Shown piece after piece: positions 17,194 through 26,774 of a stretch of DNA of 64,000 bases. The translations under genes were made by a program, and so were the position numbers. This stretch comes from a bacterium (GTDB lineage: Bacteria; Patescibacteriota; Dojkabacteria; JAKAPS01; JAJZLI01): assembly GCA_021846685.1 (NCBI GenBank), contig JAJZWL010000002.1:9321-73320 (forward strand), read 5' to 3'. The notes beneath the pieces are model-generated. The model saw only the letters and a list, made by a program, of their open reading frames with translations. It did no database searches and was not told the DNA's origin. How positions within the stretch are numbered: the first letter of the stretch is position 1; each line of letters opens with the position of its first letter.

Positions 17194-18479
17194 ATAACAT
17201 AGATAATCTATTAGGAAATAATAATATAATATATGTCACAAATGACCCTGAAAGATCTTTAGGTTTAGAAAAAATTACAAAACATTTTTACACTCTATGC
17301 ATAGATGATTCATATATATTAAATTTTTTAAATAATTTTTATTCTTTAAAAAAAAATTTTCCAAACATAGATATATTTAGAAATTCCAATAAATTATTAC
17401 AAGAAGAATCAGTAAAACAATACCTATCTTCTATTAAGAATCCTTCGTTTATGTTTTTTAAAATAGCTCCAAATATTGAAATAGAATTAAAAAATAAAAA
17501 AATTTTAAACACACACTCAGATCTAAATAGAAAATATGAAAACAAAATAATGATTAGTAATATTTTCAAAGATATAGTACCGCCAACAAAAATTATTAAT
17601 TTAAAAATAGATACATACAATTCAATTTCAAATTTTCTGGGAAAGGAGTTTGTAATACAATTTTCTAGAGGACAAAGTGGAAATACCACATTTTTCATTG
17701 ATAATAAAGATCAATTTGAAAAATTACAAGAAAAATATCCTCTAAGAATAGCAAAAGCTGTAAAAAAAATATCCGGTGAATACTTCACGATAAATGGAGT
17801 TATCACAGAAAATGATATTCTAATAGGAAATCTTTCAAAACAAATTACAGGAATAAAAGAATTAACAGCCTTTAAAGGAGGTACTGTAGGAAATGAATGG
17901 ATTACAGGATTAACAATAAAACAAAAAGATATGTTTATTGATAAAATGCAATATATTGGTAAAAAAATGAAAAATGATGGTTATAGAGGTATGTTTGGTG
18001 CAGATTTTGTTTTTGATTCACAAAATATTTTTTTAATAGAGGTAAATGCTAGAGAAAATGCATCTATACCTACATATACAAAAATACAAATTAATGAGAA
18101 TATACTACCTTTTAAATTAATACATATACTTGATTTTCTAAAGATATCATACAAAATAGATTCTACAAAAATTAATAATCAAATATATGAAGATTATAAT
18201 TACAGACAAATAATAATAAGAAATATTCAATCTCACCCTGTAAAAGCAAATACATTTTTAAATGGAGTATATTCTTCTAATTTAGATAAGATTAGAGAAG
18301 GTTATGATATTGATTCATTAAAAAATAATGATTATTTAATTCTCACTTCATATTCAAATGTAAATCCTAATATAGAAATATCTAAAATACAATCAAAAAG
18401 TAGTATAGATAATAATTTTATTAATCAAACTTTAATCAAATTATTGCAAAATCCAGGTGAAGATAATATAATCCTTTAA
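17190..18479 (+). CDS. ATP-grasp domain protein with extra N- and C-terminal regions; translationally coupled to the ThrC-like gene
   Basis: Central ATP-grasp motif '...YRGMFGADFVFDSQNIFLIEVNARENAS...'; ATGA overlap at 17190; about 200 aa N-terminal and about 140 aa C-terminal regions not recognised. Confidence 0.5.
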   Translation: MNNIDNLLGNNNIIYVTNDPERSLGLEKITKHFYTLCIDDSYILNFLNNFYSLKKNFPNIDIFRNSNKLLQEESVKQYLSSIKNPSFMFFKIAPNIEIELKNKKILNTHSDLNRKYENKIMISNIFKDIVPPTKIINLKIDTYNSISNFLGKEFVIQFSRGQSGNTTFFIDNKDQFEKLQEKYPLRIAKAVKKISGEYFTINGVITENDILIGNLSKQITGIKELTAFKGGTVGNEWITGLTIKQKDMFIDKMQYIGKKMKNDGYRGMFGADFVFDSQNIFLIEVNARENASIPTYTKIQINENILPFKLIHILDFLKISYKIDSTKINNQIYEDYNYRQIIIRNIQSHPVKANTFLNGVYSSNLDKIREGYDIDSLKNNDYLILTSYSNVNPNIEISKIQSKSSIDNNFINQTLIKLLQNPGEDNIIL

Positions 18480-18513
18480 TAATCAATATTAATTTAAAAC
18501 TATCCTAAAATTT

Positions 18514-19815
18514 ATGAACATCAAGAGAACGTATTTATTTTATTTTTTTGCACTAGTAGTATTAATTATTTTTTCTATATCGTATGTACTACACAATAAA
18601 GTAAAACCTGCTACAACATACTATTATAAAAGTTATAATCAATATTCGAATAATGGAAAAGATAATAATGTAGTGACAGGATCAAAAAAAACATTACTAT
18701 CTAAAGTAATACTTTCTAAAAATATTAATTCCCTAGGATTCGATACTACACCTATTGTCTCTGGAGATATGGAGTATGTTGGGACTATGAATAGAACTAC
18801 ACTTACTGGTGGTTTATATGCAATAAAAAGAACTACAGGTAAAGTTGCATGGCATGATAATTTTTCAAACTGGATTATGACAAATCCAGTAGTAGTACCT
18901 TCTAAAAATATGGTATTTGTAGGATCAGGAAACAGTAAGCACTATGGAAATATAAAGAATACGAACACTCTATATAGAGGAACTGGGAATAATTACATCT
19001 ATGGAATAAATATTACTAACGGTAAAGTTATATGGAAATACAAGACACTAGGAGAAAATATGCCTACACCTATTTATAAGAATGGAATACTGTACTTTGT
19101 AAATGGAAATAGAAAATTTTATGCACTAAATTCTACTACTGGAAAATTATTATGGAGTATTAGTACAGGATCTATAGTGTCTATGTCTTCTCCTGTACTT
19201 ATAGGAAATAATGTATATTTTGGAGGAGCACTTCCTTATAAATTCTTTGATGTTAATATAAGAACGAAAAAAATAGCTTGGGCAGACAGTTTTCCTAAAG
19301 TTACTGGCGCTTTAGATGATACTACACCTACATATTCAAATGGGTATATCTATACTAATGCAACGGTGCTTACTAATTATAAAAATAATATGGGGACAGA
19401 ATATTTATATAAAATAAATGCAAAAACAGGAAAAATTATATGGAGTCTAAAAGAAGGTAGTGGTGTAATCAACCTTCCTACTGATCCAATGGAAGGAAGT
19501 GTATCTACTATAGTTAATAATATACTGTATACCTCATCTAATACAACAAGAAAGATTTTTGCAGTAAATGTAGATACAAAAAAAGTATTATGGAATTTTA
19601 AAGTAAAAGGAATGGTAAATTCACCATTTATAGTAATGAAAAATCTTATTTATTCTACTACAGTTAATGGGAATATTTATGTACTCAATATTAAAAATGG
19701 AGAATTTATAGCAAAAAGAACTTTAGGTGGTCCAGAATTAGCTTCAGGAATAAGCTTTTATAGCGGAAAATTCTATGCAACTACTGGAAATGGAAATTTC
19801 TATGTTTTCCAATAA
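18514..19815 (+). CDS. Membrane-anchored PQQ-like beta-propeller repeat protein
   Basis: N-terminal TM helix; repeated 'TGK(V/L/I)(I/L)W' blades (GKVAWHD, GKVIWKYKT, GKLLWSIST, GKIIWSLKEG, KKVLWNFKVKG). Confidence 0.6.
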   Translation: MNIKRTYLFYFFALVVLIIFSISYVLHNKVKPATTYYYKSYNQYSNNGKDNNVVTGSKKTLLSKVILSKNINSLGFDTTPIVSGDMEYVGTMNRTTLTGGLYAIKRTTGKVAWHDNFSNWIMTNPVVVPSKNMVFVGSGNSKHYGNIKNTNTLYRGTGNNYIYGINITNGKVIWKYKTLGENMPTPIYKNGILYFVNGNRKFYALNSTTGKLLWSISTGSIVSMSSPVLIGNNVYFGGALPYKFFDVNIRTKKIAWADSFPKVTGALDDTTPTYSNGYIYTNATVLTNYKNNMGTEYLYKINAKTGKIIWSLKEGSGVINLPTDPMEGSVSTIVNNILYTSSNTTRKIFAVNVDTKKVLWNFKVKGMVNSPFIVMKNLIYSTTVNGNIYVLNIKNGEFIAKRTLGGPELASGISFYSGKFYATTGNGNFYVFQ

Positions 19816-19859
19816 GATTAATTTTCTTTCTATATAGTTAACTTATATAATCTATAATT

Positions 19860-20171
19860 ATGAAAATCTCAGAAAAGCTAGTATATATAATATTCTCGAT
19901 AATAGAGACTCTTTTAGTTCTAAGAATAATGTTTAAATTATTTGGAGCTAATCCTGCAAATGGGATTGCTGCATTTATTTACGGGTTTTCATATCCGTTA
20001 TATGCTCCATTTGAAGGATTATTTAAAAATCTAACTTATGGAAGATTTATTGTATCACTTAATTCTCTCGCAGCTTTAGTTCTATATACTATAGCAGGAT
20101 TTATTATAATTGAAATATTAGTATATTTTTCATCAAGAGAAGAAGAGAGAAAAAAAGATACTCATTTATAA
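19860..20171 (+). CDS. YggT-family small membrane protein
   Basis: 'LLVLRIMFKLFGANPANGIAAFIYGFSYPLYAPFEGLF' resembles the YGGT repeat (LR..L.W...NP...FI...T.P.L.PFR). Confidence 0.45.
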   Translation: MKISEKLVYIIFSIIETLLVLRIMFKLFGANPANGIAAFIYGFSYPLYAPFEGLFKNLTYGRFIVSLNSLAALVLYTIAGFIIIEILVYFSSREEERKKDTHL

Positions 20172-21053
20172 TTATTTACTCTGTACTTGAATTACAATAT
20201 CTATACACTCTAAAGAGCATGTATGATGAAATTTCTTCTCACAAACATTACAACAAACAAATTGTAAATTACATTTTTTATTCTGACAATTTATATATTG
20301 ATCAGAGTACTCATTACAATGCCTGCATTTTGAGATAATTGTTCTATTTTTGGCATCTAAATTAATTGATACCCTCTTATCAAATACATAACATTTTCCT
20401 TCAAAATCTTCTGGATAATAATTAGCATAATTTAGTATCCCTTCCTTTAGTTGATATATATTTTTAAATCCTTTTTTCAAAAGAAATGCAGATGCCTTTT
20501 CACACCTTACTCCTCCTGTGCAGTACATAACTATTTTTTTTCCTTTATATTTTTTTAAATCATTAATTACCTTAGGAAAATCTCTAAAATTATCTATATT
20601 AGGTGTAATAGAATTTTTAAATCTACCTATATATGATTCATAATTATTCCTAGCATCTATTATCACAGTATCATTACTATTCTCTAAAATTATTTTATGA
20701 AAATCCTCTGGAGAAATATATTCTCCTTTTTTAGCACCATCTGTTGTTATATCTATTTTTTGATTTAAAGATACTATCTCATCTCTAACCTTTATTGATA
20801 ATCTGGGAAAAAGATCCTCTTTAATACTACTTTCTTTAAATATGATATCAGAGAATAGAGCATTTGATATTAATTCCTTTTTATACTCTTCTATATCAGC
20901 TAATTTACCTGACAAAGTACCATTTATACCTTCTTGAGATATAATTACTCTTCCTTTCAGATTTAATCGTTTACAGACCTTAAATTGACTGTTTTTCAAA
21001 GCCAATGGATGATCTATCTTTATATATTTATAATAAAGTATTACTTTCTTCAT
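20172..21053 (-). CDS. trhO: tRNA uridine(34) hydroxylase TrhO (rhodanese-like YceA/UPF0176) with a C-terminal Cys-rich region
   Basis: Rhodanese active-site 'MYCTGGVRCEKASAFL' and C-terminal CRHC...CQNKKC...CCNVCEKKFHHTCSLEC, matching YceA/TrhO architecture. Confidence 0.8.
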   Translation of the reverse strand: MKKVILYYKYIKIDHPLALKNSQFKVCKRLNLKGRVIISQEGINGTLSGKLADIEEYKKELISNALFSDIIFKESSIKEDLFPRLSIKVRDEIVSLNQKIDITTDGAKKGEYISPEDFHKIILENSNDTVIIDARNNYESYIGRFKNSITPNIDNFRDFPKVINDLKKYKGKKIVMYCTGGVRCEKASAFLLKKGFKNIYQLKEGILNYANYYPEDFEGKCYVFDKRVSINLDAKNRTIISKCRHCNEYSDQYINCQNKKCNLQFVCCNVCEKKFHHTCSLECIDIVIQVQSK

Positions 21054-21167
21054 GATTTAATATGACATTTTATCTTAAATATTGATATTTTTCCACTAAA
21101 TATACATATTGTACTTGATAATATATATATATAAGGTATAAAATGTTAAATTATATAAAGAACACAA

Positions 21168-21905
21168 ATGAAGAACATATACAAAAAGAATGGTATCTCA
21201 TATATTGATACATTAGACAGTTATTCTAAGACACCACTATTAATACTCCATGGCTGGCAACAAGATAAAGAGAGCTGGATGGATGTTATAGATATAATCA
21301 AAAAAGATTATCGAGTAATATGTCTAGATTTGCCTAACTTTGGAAATAGTAAACATGAAAAATTCCTGTCATTAGGAGTAGACGAATATGCAGAACTTAT
21401 AGAAGCTCTGCTAAAACGCCTACATATAGATACTGTAAATATATTAGCTCACTCATTTGGAGGAAGAATTGCAATTAAAATTTCTGCCTCAAAAAATATA
21501 AAAGTGCATTCATTAATACTTTTTTCATCAGCAGGTATAATATCAGAAAAAAGAAAATTGAAAAAATATATTTATACAAAATTCCCTAAAAAAATAATAC
21601 CCCAAAAAATACGAGAACAAATGAGGAGTAATGACTATAAGAATGCAGGAGAACTAAAAGAAGTCTTTTTAAAAGCAATAAACTATAATGTATTTCCTTT
21701 ACTTAAAAAAATTTCGGCTAAAACACTTATAATATGGGGAGATGAAGATAAAGAACTAAATTTGAAAAATGCTGATATTTTAAATATGAATATTAAAGTA
21801 TCAGAACTTTCCATACTAAATGGATATACTCATTTTGCACATATTGAAAATCCATATTTATTTTCCGGAATTGTAAAAAACTTTTTAGATAAAAATGAAA
21901 AATAA
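21168..21905 (+). CDS. Alpha/beta-fold hydrolase
   Basis: 'LILHGWQQ' oxyanion region and nucleophile elbow 'AHSFGG'; C-terminal His region 'GYTHFAHIENP'. Confidence 0.7.
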   Translation: MKNIYKKNGISYIDTLDSYSKTPLLILHGWQQDKESWMDVIDIIKKDYRVICLDLPNFGNSKHEKFLSLGVDEYAELIEALLKRLHIDTVNILAHSFGGRIAIKISASKNIKVHSLILFSSAGIISEKRKLKKYIYTKFPKKIIPQKIREQMRSNDYKNAGELKEVFLKAINYNVFPLLKKISAKTLIIWGDEDKELNLKNADILNMNIKVSELSILNGYTHFAHIENPYLFSGIVKNFLDKNEK

Positions 21906-23319
21906 ATATATAACAAAATTACTATATATACTTCAAAGTTTTGAATATGATTCACTTAAATTCTATAAGTATTCATTTAAATTAAAAATTCATTCAAATA
22001 AATTTAAATATAAAGATAAAATAAAATACACTCAAAAAATAAAAGTATTATTAACTATAACTTTGTTATTAGAATTAGTAACATTTATATATTTTGTAAT
22101 ATTATTTGCAAACTTTAAAATATTTAATTTAATATCAATAATAATACTTTTAATAATACTAATACTCATATATGAAGTTTTAACTCCAATATATATTATT
22201 TATTCTTTAAGTTTAATACGCCCAATAGAAAATATATTGAAAGAAAAACAAATTATTAAAGCCAGGAAAAAGGTAGAATCAATTAAAAATATTAAAATAA
22301 TAACAATAACTGGAAGTTATGGGAAAACTAGTACTACTAATTTTATAAAAACATTACTTTCTTTTGATTATAAAGTTTTTACTCCTGGAAAAAGTATTAA
22401 TACAATACTGGGTATATCTAATGAAATTGAAAAGAATATGAAAAATGATACAGAAATATTAGTACTTGAAGTAGGTGCATATAAAATAGGCGAAATCAAA
22501 GAAGTTTTACAAAACTTTCCTTCAGATATTTCGATAATTACTTCAATAGGAACCCAACATCTTGAAAAATTCAAAAGTATTACTAATATAATAAAAGCAG
22601 GAACTGAAATAGTAGACTATTCTAAAGAAAAATCTACTATTATCGCACCAATAGAAATATATGAATATCCTTTTGAAAAATATGGAGTAAAAATAGAATT
22701 TAGCAAAAAGAAAGAATATCTAAAAATAAAATATAACATAGTTAAAATTGAAAAAGGTATTATATATTTTAAAACAAATTTTTCAAAAGAAACTTTTCAT
22801 ACCACATTATTAGGTTATTCAATGATATCTAATTTATCTTTAGCTATAAAGTGTGCTGAAATTTTTAATATTAAAAATATTCAAGGAAAAATAAATATAA
22901 TAAAGCCTGTTAAAAGGAGAATGGAACCCATATATATTAATAATGTTCTATATATAGATGATACATATAATATAGGAGATGAAAGTGCTCGATCTGCAAT
23001 AACATTTCTCAAAGATATGAAAGATAAACAAATATTCAAAAGAATCTTTGTTGTCACAGGAGGAATAGTAGAGAGAGGAGACGAGAGTGAAAAAGTAAAT
23101 AAGGAATATGGGATATTTTTAAGTAAAAATGTTGATAAAGTTTTTATATTTAATACTCCATTTAAAAAATATATTAAAGATGGTATAAATAAAACAGAAA
23201 CAATGACTGATATTGAAAATTATACTGAATTTGAAAAGTATAAAAAAGATTTTAAAGTTGGTGATTGTATATTAATGCAAAATGAAATAACTGATGAATA
23301 TTATTTTAAAAGTATGTAA
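21895..23319 (+). CDS. murF: MurF-like Mur ligase (UDP-MurNAc-tripeptide--D-Ala-D-Ala ligase family) with an N-terminal transmembrane segment in place of the usual N-terminal domain
   Basis: P-loop 'ITITGSYGKTSTTNF', 'LVLEVGAYKIGEIKEV', 'ITSIGTQHLEKFKSI', C-terminal 'DDTYNIGDESARSAI' (MurF-like). Residues ~40-110 form 2-3 predicted TM helices. ddl lies directly downstream. Confidence 0.65.
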   Translation: MKNKYITKLLYILQSFEYDSLKFYKYSFKLKIHSNKFKYKDKIKYTQKIKVLLTITLLLELVTFIYFVILFANFKIFNLISIIILLIILILIYEVLTPIYIIYSLSLIRPIENILKEKQIIKARKKVESIKNIKIITITGSYGKTSTTNFIKTLLSFDYKVFTPGKSINTILGISNEIEKNMKNDTEILVLEVGAYKIGEIKEVLQNFPSDISIITSIGTQHLEKFKSITNIIKAGTEIVDYSKEKSTIIAPIEIYEYPFEKYGVKIEFSKKKEYLKIKYNIVKIEKGIIYFKTNFSKETFHTTLLGYSMISNLSLAIKCAEIFNIKNIQGKINIIKPVKRRMEPIYINNVLYIDDTYNIGDESARSAITFLKDMKDKQIFKRIFVVTGGIVERGDESEKVNKEYGIFLSKNVDKVFIFNTPFKKYIKDGINKTETMTDIENYTEFEKYKKDFKVGDCILMQNEITDEYYFKSM

Positions 23320-23322
23320 AAT

Positions 23323-24456
23323 ATGAAAAATATAATATTACTATTTGGAGGGGAATCTCCTGAGCATGAAATTTCAATAATCACAGCAAAACAAATATTT
23401 GCCAAATGTGATTTAAAAAAATACAATGTTTACCCTATATATCTAGATAAAGAACACAAATTTAAATATATACCAGAGTTTCATAAGTTCAATACATTTA
23501 AAGACTTTAAAGATTTAAAAAAAATAAATATAAAAATTATAATAGAAAATGGTCAAACTGTTTTTTATTTAGGAAACTTAAGAAAATTAAAAGATATATA
23601 TGCAGCTTTATTAACTTTTCACGGTGGAGAAGGAGAGAATGGTAAAATTCAAGGATTTTTAGATACTTTAAAAATCCCATACACAGGACCAAGTGTAAAA
23701 GGATCTGTATATGGGATAGATAAAATAGTGATGAAGTATATTTTAGAAAAAAATAATATACCAATAGTTCCTTGGACATATATCAGTAAACATGATTGGG
23801 AAGAAAATAAAGATAAATGTATAAAAAAAATTAAAGAGTTGGACAAATATCCATTAATTGTAAAACCTTCATCTTTAGGATCTAGTATAGGTGTCAAAAA
23901 AGTTGATAATGATAATGAACTAATAGATATAATTGATTCAGATATTCTTTATGATGAATTTATAATAATAGAAGTATTTAAAGAAAATCTTGTGGAAATT
24001 ACTTATTCTCTTCTGAAAGATAAAGATATAATATTATTTTCATTATCAGAAGAAATTGAGAAGAATATGAACATTGTATATAGCTATAGTGACAAATATC
24101 TATCTGGAGACAAGAATAAATCGAAATCAGAAGGAATGGCTAATTCAAAGAAAAAAATACCTGCAAATATTCCAGAGACTCTAGATAAGAGAATAAAAGA
24201 GACTGCGAAAAAAATATATGTTAGTCTAAATTCTCAAAGTCTTGTCAGAATTGATTATTTAGTAGATATAAAAAATAATAAATTTTATCCTATTGAAATA
24301 AATACTATTCCTGGATCATTATCTTTCTATCTTTGGGAGGCAAAAGGTGTGCAATTTAGAGAAATAATAGACATAATGATAGAAACATCTGTGTTAGATT
24401 TTAAAAAACAAGATAAATTTATATCAAATATAGATAGTCCTCTTTGGGATTTCTAA
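23323..24456 (+). CDS. ddl: D-alanine--D-alanine ligase
   Basis: 'IILLFGGESPEHEISIITAKQ', 'HGGEGENGKIQGFLDTLKIPYTGPSV', C-terminal ATP-grasp. Confidence 0.85.
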   Translation: MKNIILLFGGESPEHEISIITAKQIFAKCDLKKYNVYPIYLDKEHKFKYIPEFHKFNTFKDFKDLKKINIKIIIENGQTVFYLGNLRKLKDIYAALLTFHGGEGENGKIQGFLDTLKIPYTGPSVKGSVYGIDKIVMKYILEKNNIPIVPWTYISKHDWEENKDKCIKKIKELDKYPLIVKPSSLGSSIGVKKVDNDNELIDIIDSDILYDEFIIIEVFKENLVEITYSLLKDKDIILFSLSEEIEKNMNIVYSYSDKYLSGDKNKSKSEGMANSKKKIPANIPETLDKRIKETAKKIYVSLNSQSLVRIDYLVDIKNNKFYPIEINTIPGSLSFYLWEAKGVQFREIIDIMIETSVLDFKKQDKFISNIDSPLWDF

Positions 24457-24472
24457 AAAGTCCTTTTAATAC

Positions 24473-24501
24473 TTGACAAATATCAACTTTGATCTTATAA
24501 T
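24473..24501 (+). promoter_or_regulatory. Consensus sigma70 promoter (TTGACA-N17-TATAAT) in front of the NlpC/P60-like gene
   Basis: TTGACA 24473-24478, TATAAT 24496-24501, ATG at 24512. Confidence 0.45.
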
Positions 24502-24511
24502 ATTTTATTAT

Positions 24512-25222
24512 ATGAGTGATATTAAAATTAAAAAATTACCTCAAGAGTGCTTTGATATATATGGACAGTATAATAATGTTCCTTATTATATAAATAAAAG
24601 TAAAAATAAATTCTTAAAAAATATCAATAGAGGAAAAGCTAGCCCAAAAGAAATCGACCTATTTATATTAAATAAGAATAATAATAAAGCTCTCAAAGGG
24701 AAAAATAAATATAATTTCTTAAAAGAAAACAAAGTAGGGATTGATTGCTCAGGTTTTGTATCATATATTCTAGAAGAATTAGCCTTAAAAAATAAAGATA
24801 AGCATATTTGGGAAATAATTCATAATACCACTAAAAATCCAATTAAAATATTCTATTCTCATAAAATAAGACCTATTAGCTCTAAAATGAATGCTGATAT
24901 ATTAACAAATGATATTAACAGTATTACTATAAAAAAAATAAATGATATAAAACCAGGAGATTTAATAAGAATGAATGGGGGAAAACATATTGCTATAATA
25001 TCAGAAGTACATTATAACAAAAAAAATGTATCAAAAATCATCTATTGGCAATCTACTGAAAATATAGGAGTTTGTGAATCTGAAATAATTATACAAGATC
25101 CAAATAAAGAGTTAAAAGATCAATTATGGAAGAAGATTAAAGGCTCTAAATATGATACACTCTCATTATATAAGAAAAAAATAAACTCTAATGGAGTAAA
25201 AAGATTAAAATTAATTTCATAA
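24512..25222 (+). CDS. NlpC/P60-family cysteine peptidase-like protein with no signal peptide; start moved to the ATG downstream of the promoter, whereas the ORF track starts at 24473 inside the -35 box
   Basis: Catalytic Cys motif 'GIDCSGFVSYIL' and downstream 'PGDLIRMNGGKHIAIISEV' (His) in NlpC/P60 order; N-terminus is not hydrophobic. Confidence 0.5.
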   Translation: MSDIKIKKLPQECFDIYGQYNNVPYYINKSKNKFLKNINRGKASPKEIDLFILNKNNNKALKGKNKYNFLKENKVGIDCSGFVSYILEELALKNKDKHIWEIIHNTTKNPIKIFYSHKIRPISSKMNADILTNDINSITIKKINDIKPGDLIRMNGGKHIAIISEVHYNKKNVSKIIYWQSTENIGVCESEIIIQDPNKELKDQLWKKIKGSKYDTLSLYKKKINSNGVKRLKLIS

Positions 25223-25225
25223 ATT

Positions 25226-26320
25226 ATGTTAGCAGCTTTTACATTTTTAATATTATCGTTATTAGTATCTTTATTGGTAGCACCATTTATAATTGATTTA
25301 TTGTATCAATTTAAGGTGGTTAGAGGTAGAGCTTCGGATGACACACTAAAAATAAAAAAAAGACAGTCCAAATTGGGCACACCAATGATGGGAGGTATAA
25401 TTATCATTATATCTGTAGTGATAATTACATTATTATTCAATTGGAATAAATATACACAGATTCCTATATTAATATTCTTAATAGGTTCAGCTTTAGGTGC
25501 TATAGATGATTTACTAAATATATTTGGAAAGAAGAAAAGAGTTTTCAAAAGTTTTAAACATCATTTAAAATTAGCTCTTCATCATAAAAAAATAACTAAA
25601 AGAATATTCTATATAATTACTATTCCTTGGGCTTTATATCGAGGATTATTTAATTCAATAGGATCAAGATATGGTACAGGATTATATCCTCATGAAAGAA
25701 TTCTAATTCAAATTATAGAAAGTGCCATAGTGTCTTACTATGTATTCTTTTACTTGCATATTCAAAGTATTTGGATATGGTCTAATATATATGTAAATAT
25801 AGGAATATGGATTATTCCATTAATCTTTTTAATAATTATATCTACTGCAAATGCTGTTAATATAACAGATGGGTTAGATGGATTATCTGTAGGTGTTATG
25901 ATTGCAGCTTTTATAACATTTATGACAATAGCATTGATTCAAAAAAATGAAAGTATTGCAATATTATCTGGAACTATAACAGGAGCATTAGTAACATATC
26001 TATATTTCAATATAAAACCTGCTAGAGTACAAATAGGGGATATAGGCACATTAGGATTAGGATCACTATTAGGAATAATATCAATAATTCTTCAAAAAGA
26101 ATTAATATTAGTTATTGTTGGAGGAGTATTTGTAGTAGAAACACTATCTGTAATAATTCAAAAATTAGGGAAAAAATATCTTCATAAAAAATTCTTTTTA
26201 ATGGCACCTCTTCATCATCATTTAGAATTATTAGGGTGGTCTGAAGAAAAAATAGTAATGAGATTATGGATTTTTTCTTTTATTCTAGCACTAATATCTA
26301 TCTGGATATCTCTTATTTAA
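25226..26320 (+). CDS. mraY: Phospho-N-acetylmuramoyl-pentapeptide transferase MraY, with a ~40-aa Lys/His-rich insertion
   Basis: 'KLGTPMMGG', 'DDLLN', 'NAVNITDGLDGL', 'GDIGTLGLGSLLG', 'APLHHHLELLGW'. Confidence 0.85.
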   Translation: MLAAFTFLILSLLVSLLVAPFIIDLLYQFKVVRGRASDDTLKIKKRQSKLGTPMMGGIIIIISVVIITLLFNWNKYTQIPILIFLIGSALGAIDDLLNIFGKKKRVFKSFKHHLKLALHHKKITKRIFYIITIPWALYRGLFNSIGSRYGTGLYPHERILIQIIESAIVSYYVFFYLHIQSIWIWSNIYVNIGIWIIPLIFLIIISTANAVNITDGLDGLSVGVMIAAFITFMTIALIQKNESIAILSGTITGALVTYLYFNIKPARVQIGDIGTLGLGSLLGIISIILQKELILVIVGGVFVVETLSVIIQKLGKKYLHKKFFLMAPLHHHLELLGWSEEKIVMRLWIFSFILALISIWISLI

Positions 26321-26325
26321 GTAAG

Positions 26326-26721
26326 TTAAACTAGACTTTCATCAACTATACTTTTTAATGTATTTGTCACTTCTTCAAATAATGCCAATGGTAGATCTGT
26401 TGTCATTTTAAAAATATTTTTAATAGCATCTGGAAGAAGAGCAGATACTATTATTTTACTATTATTTTCATACACATTTATTTTACAAGGAAGAAATAAT
26501 CCCACCTCTTTAGAGATAGAAAGTATTTCATGAGCACTCTTGGCATTACATAATTCTATGATTACATAGTTTTCCATTTCAAAGTTTTTTGAATTTAGGG
26601 TTGATTTAATATCATGAATAGCAAGAACCTTGAATCCTTTTTGAGGTATTATATCTTTGATTTTTTCTACAGTTTTAAAAAAACTATTATTTGATTCTTT
26701 TGTATAAATATAATTATCCAT
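26326..26721 (-). CDS. DUF302-domain protein
   Basis: 131 aa; 'GFKVLAIHDIKSTLNSKNFEMENYVIIELCNAKSAHEIL...LFLPCKINVY' fits the DUF302 pattern. Confidence 0.55.
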   Translation of the reverse strand: MDNYIYTKESNNSFFKTVEKIKDIIPQKGFKVLAIHDIKSTLNSKNFEMENYVIIELCNAKSAHEILSISKEVGLFLPCKINVYENNSKIIVSALLPDAIKNIFKMTTDLPLALFEEVTNTLKSIVDESLV

Positions 26722-26774
26722 ATAACTTAATAATACCAGATTAATTAATATATATCACGTTAAATGATATTAAA

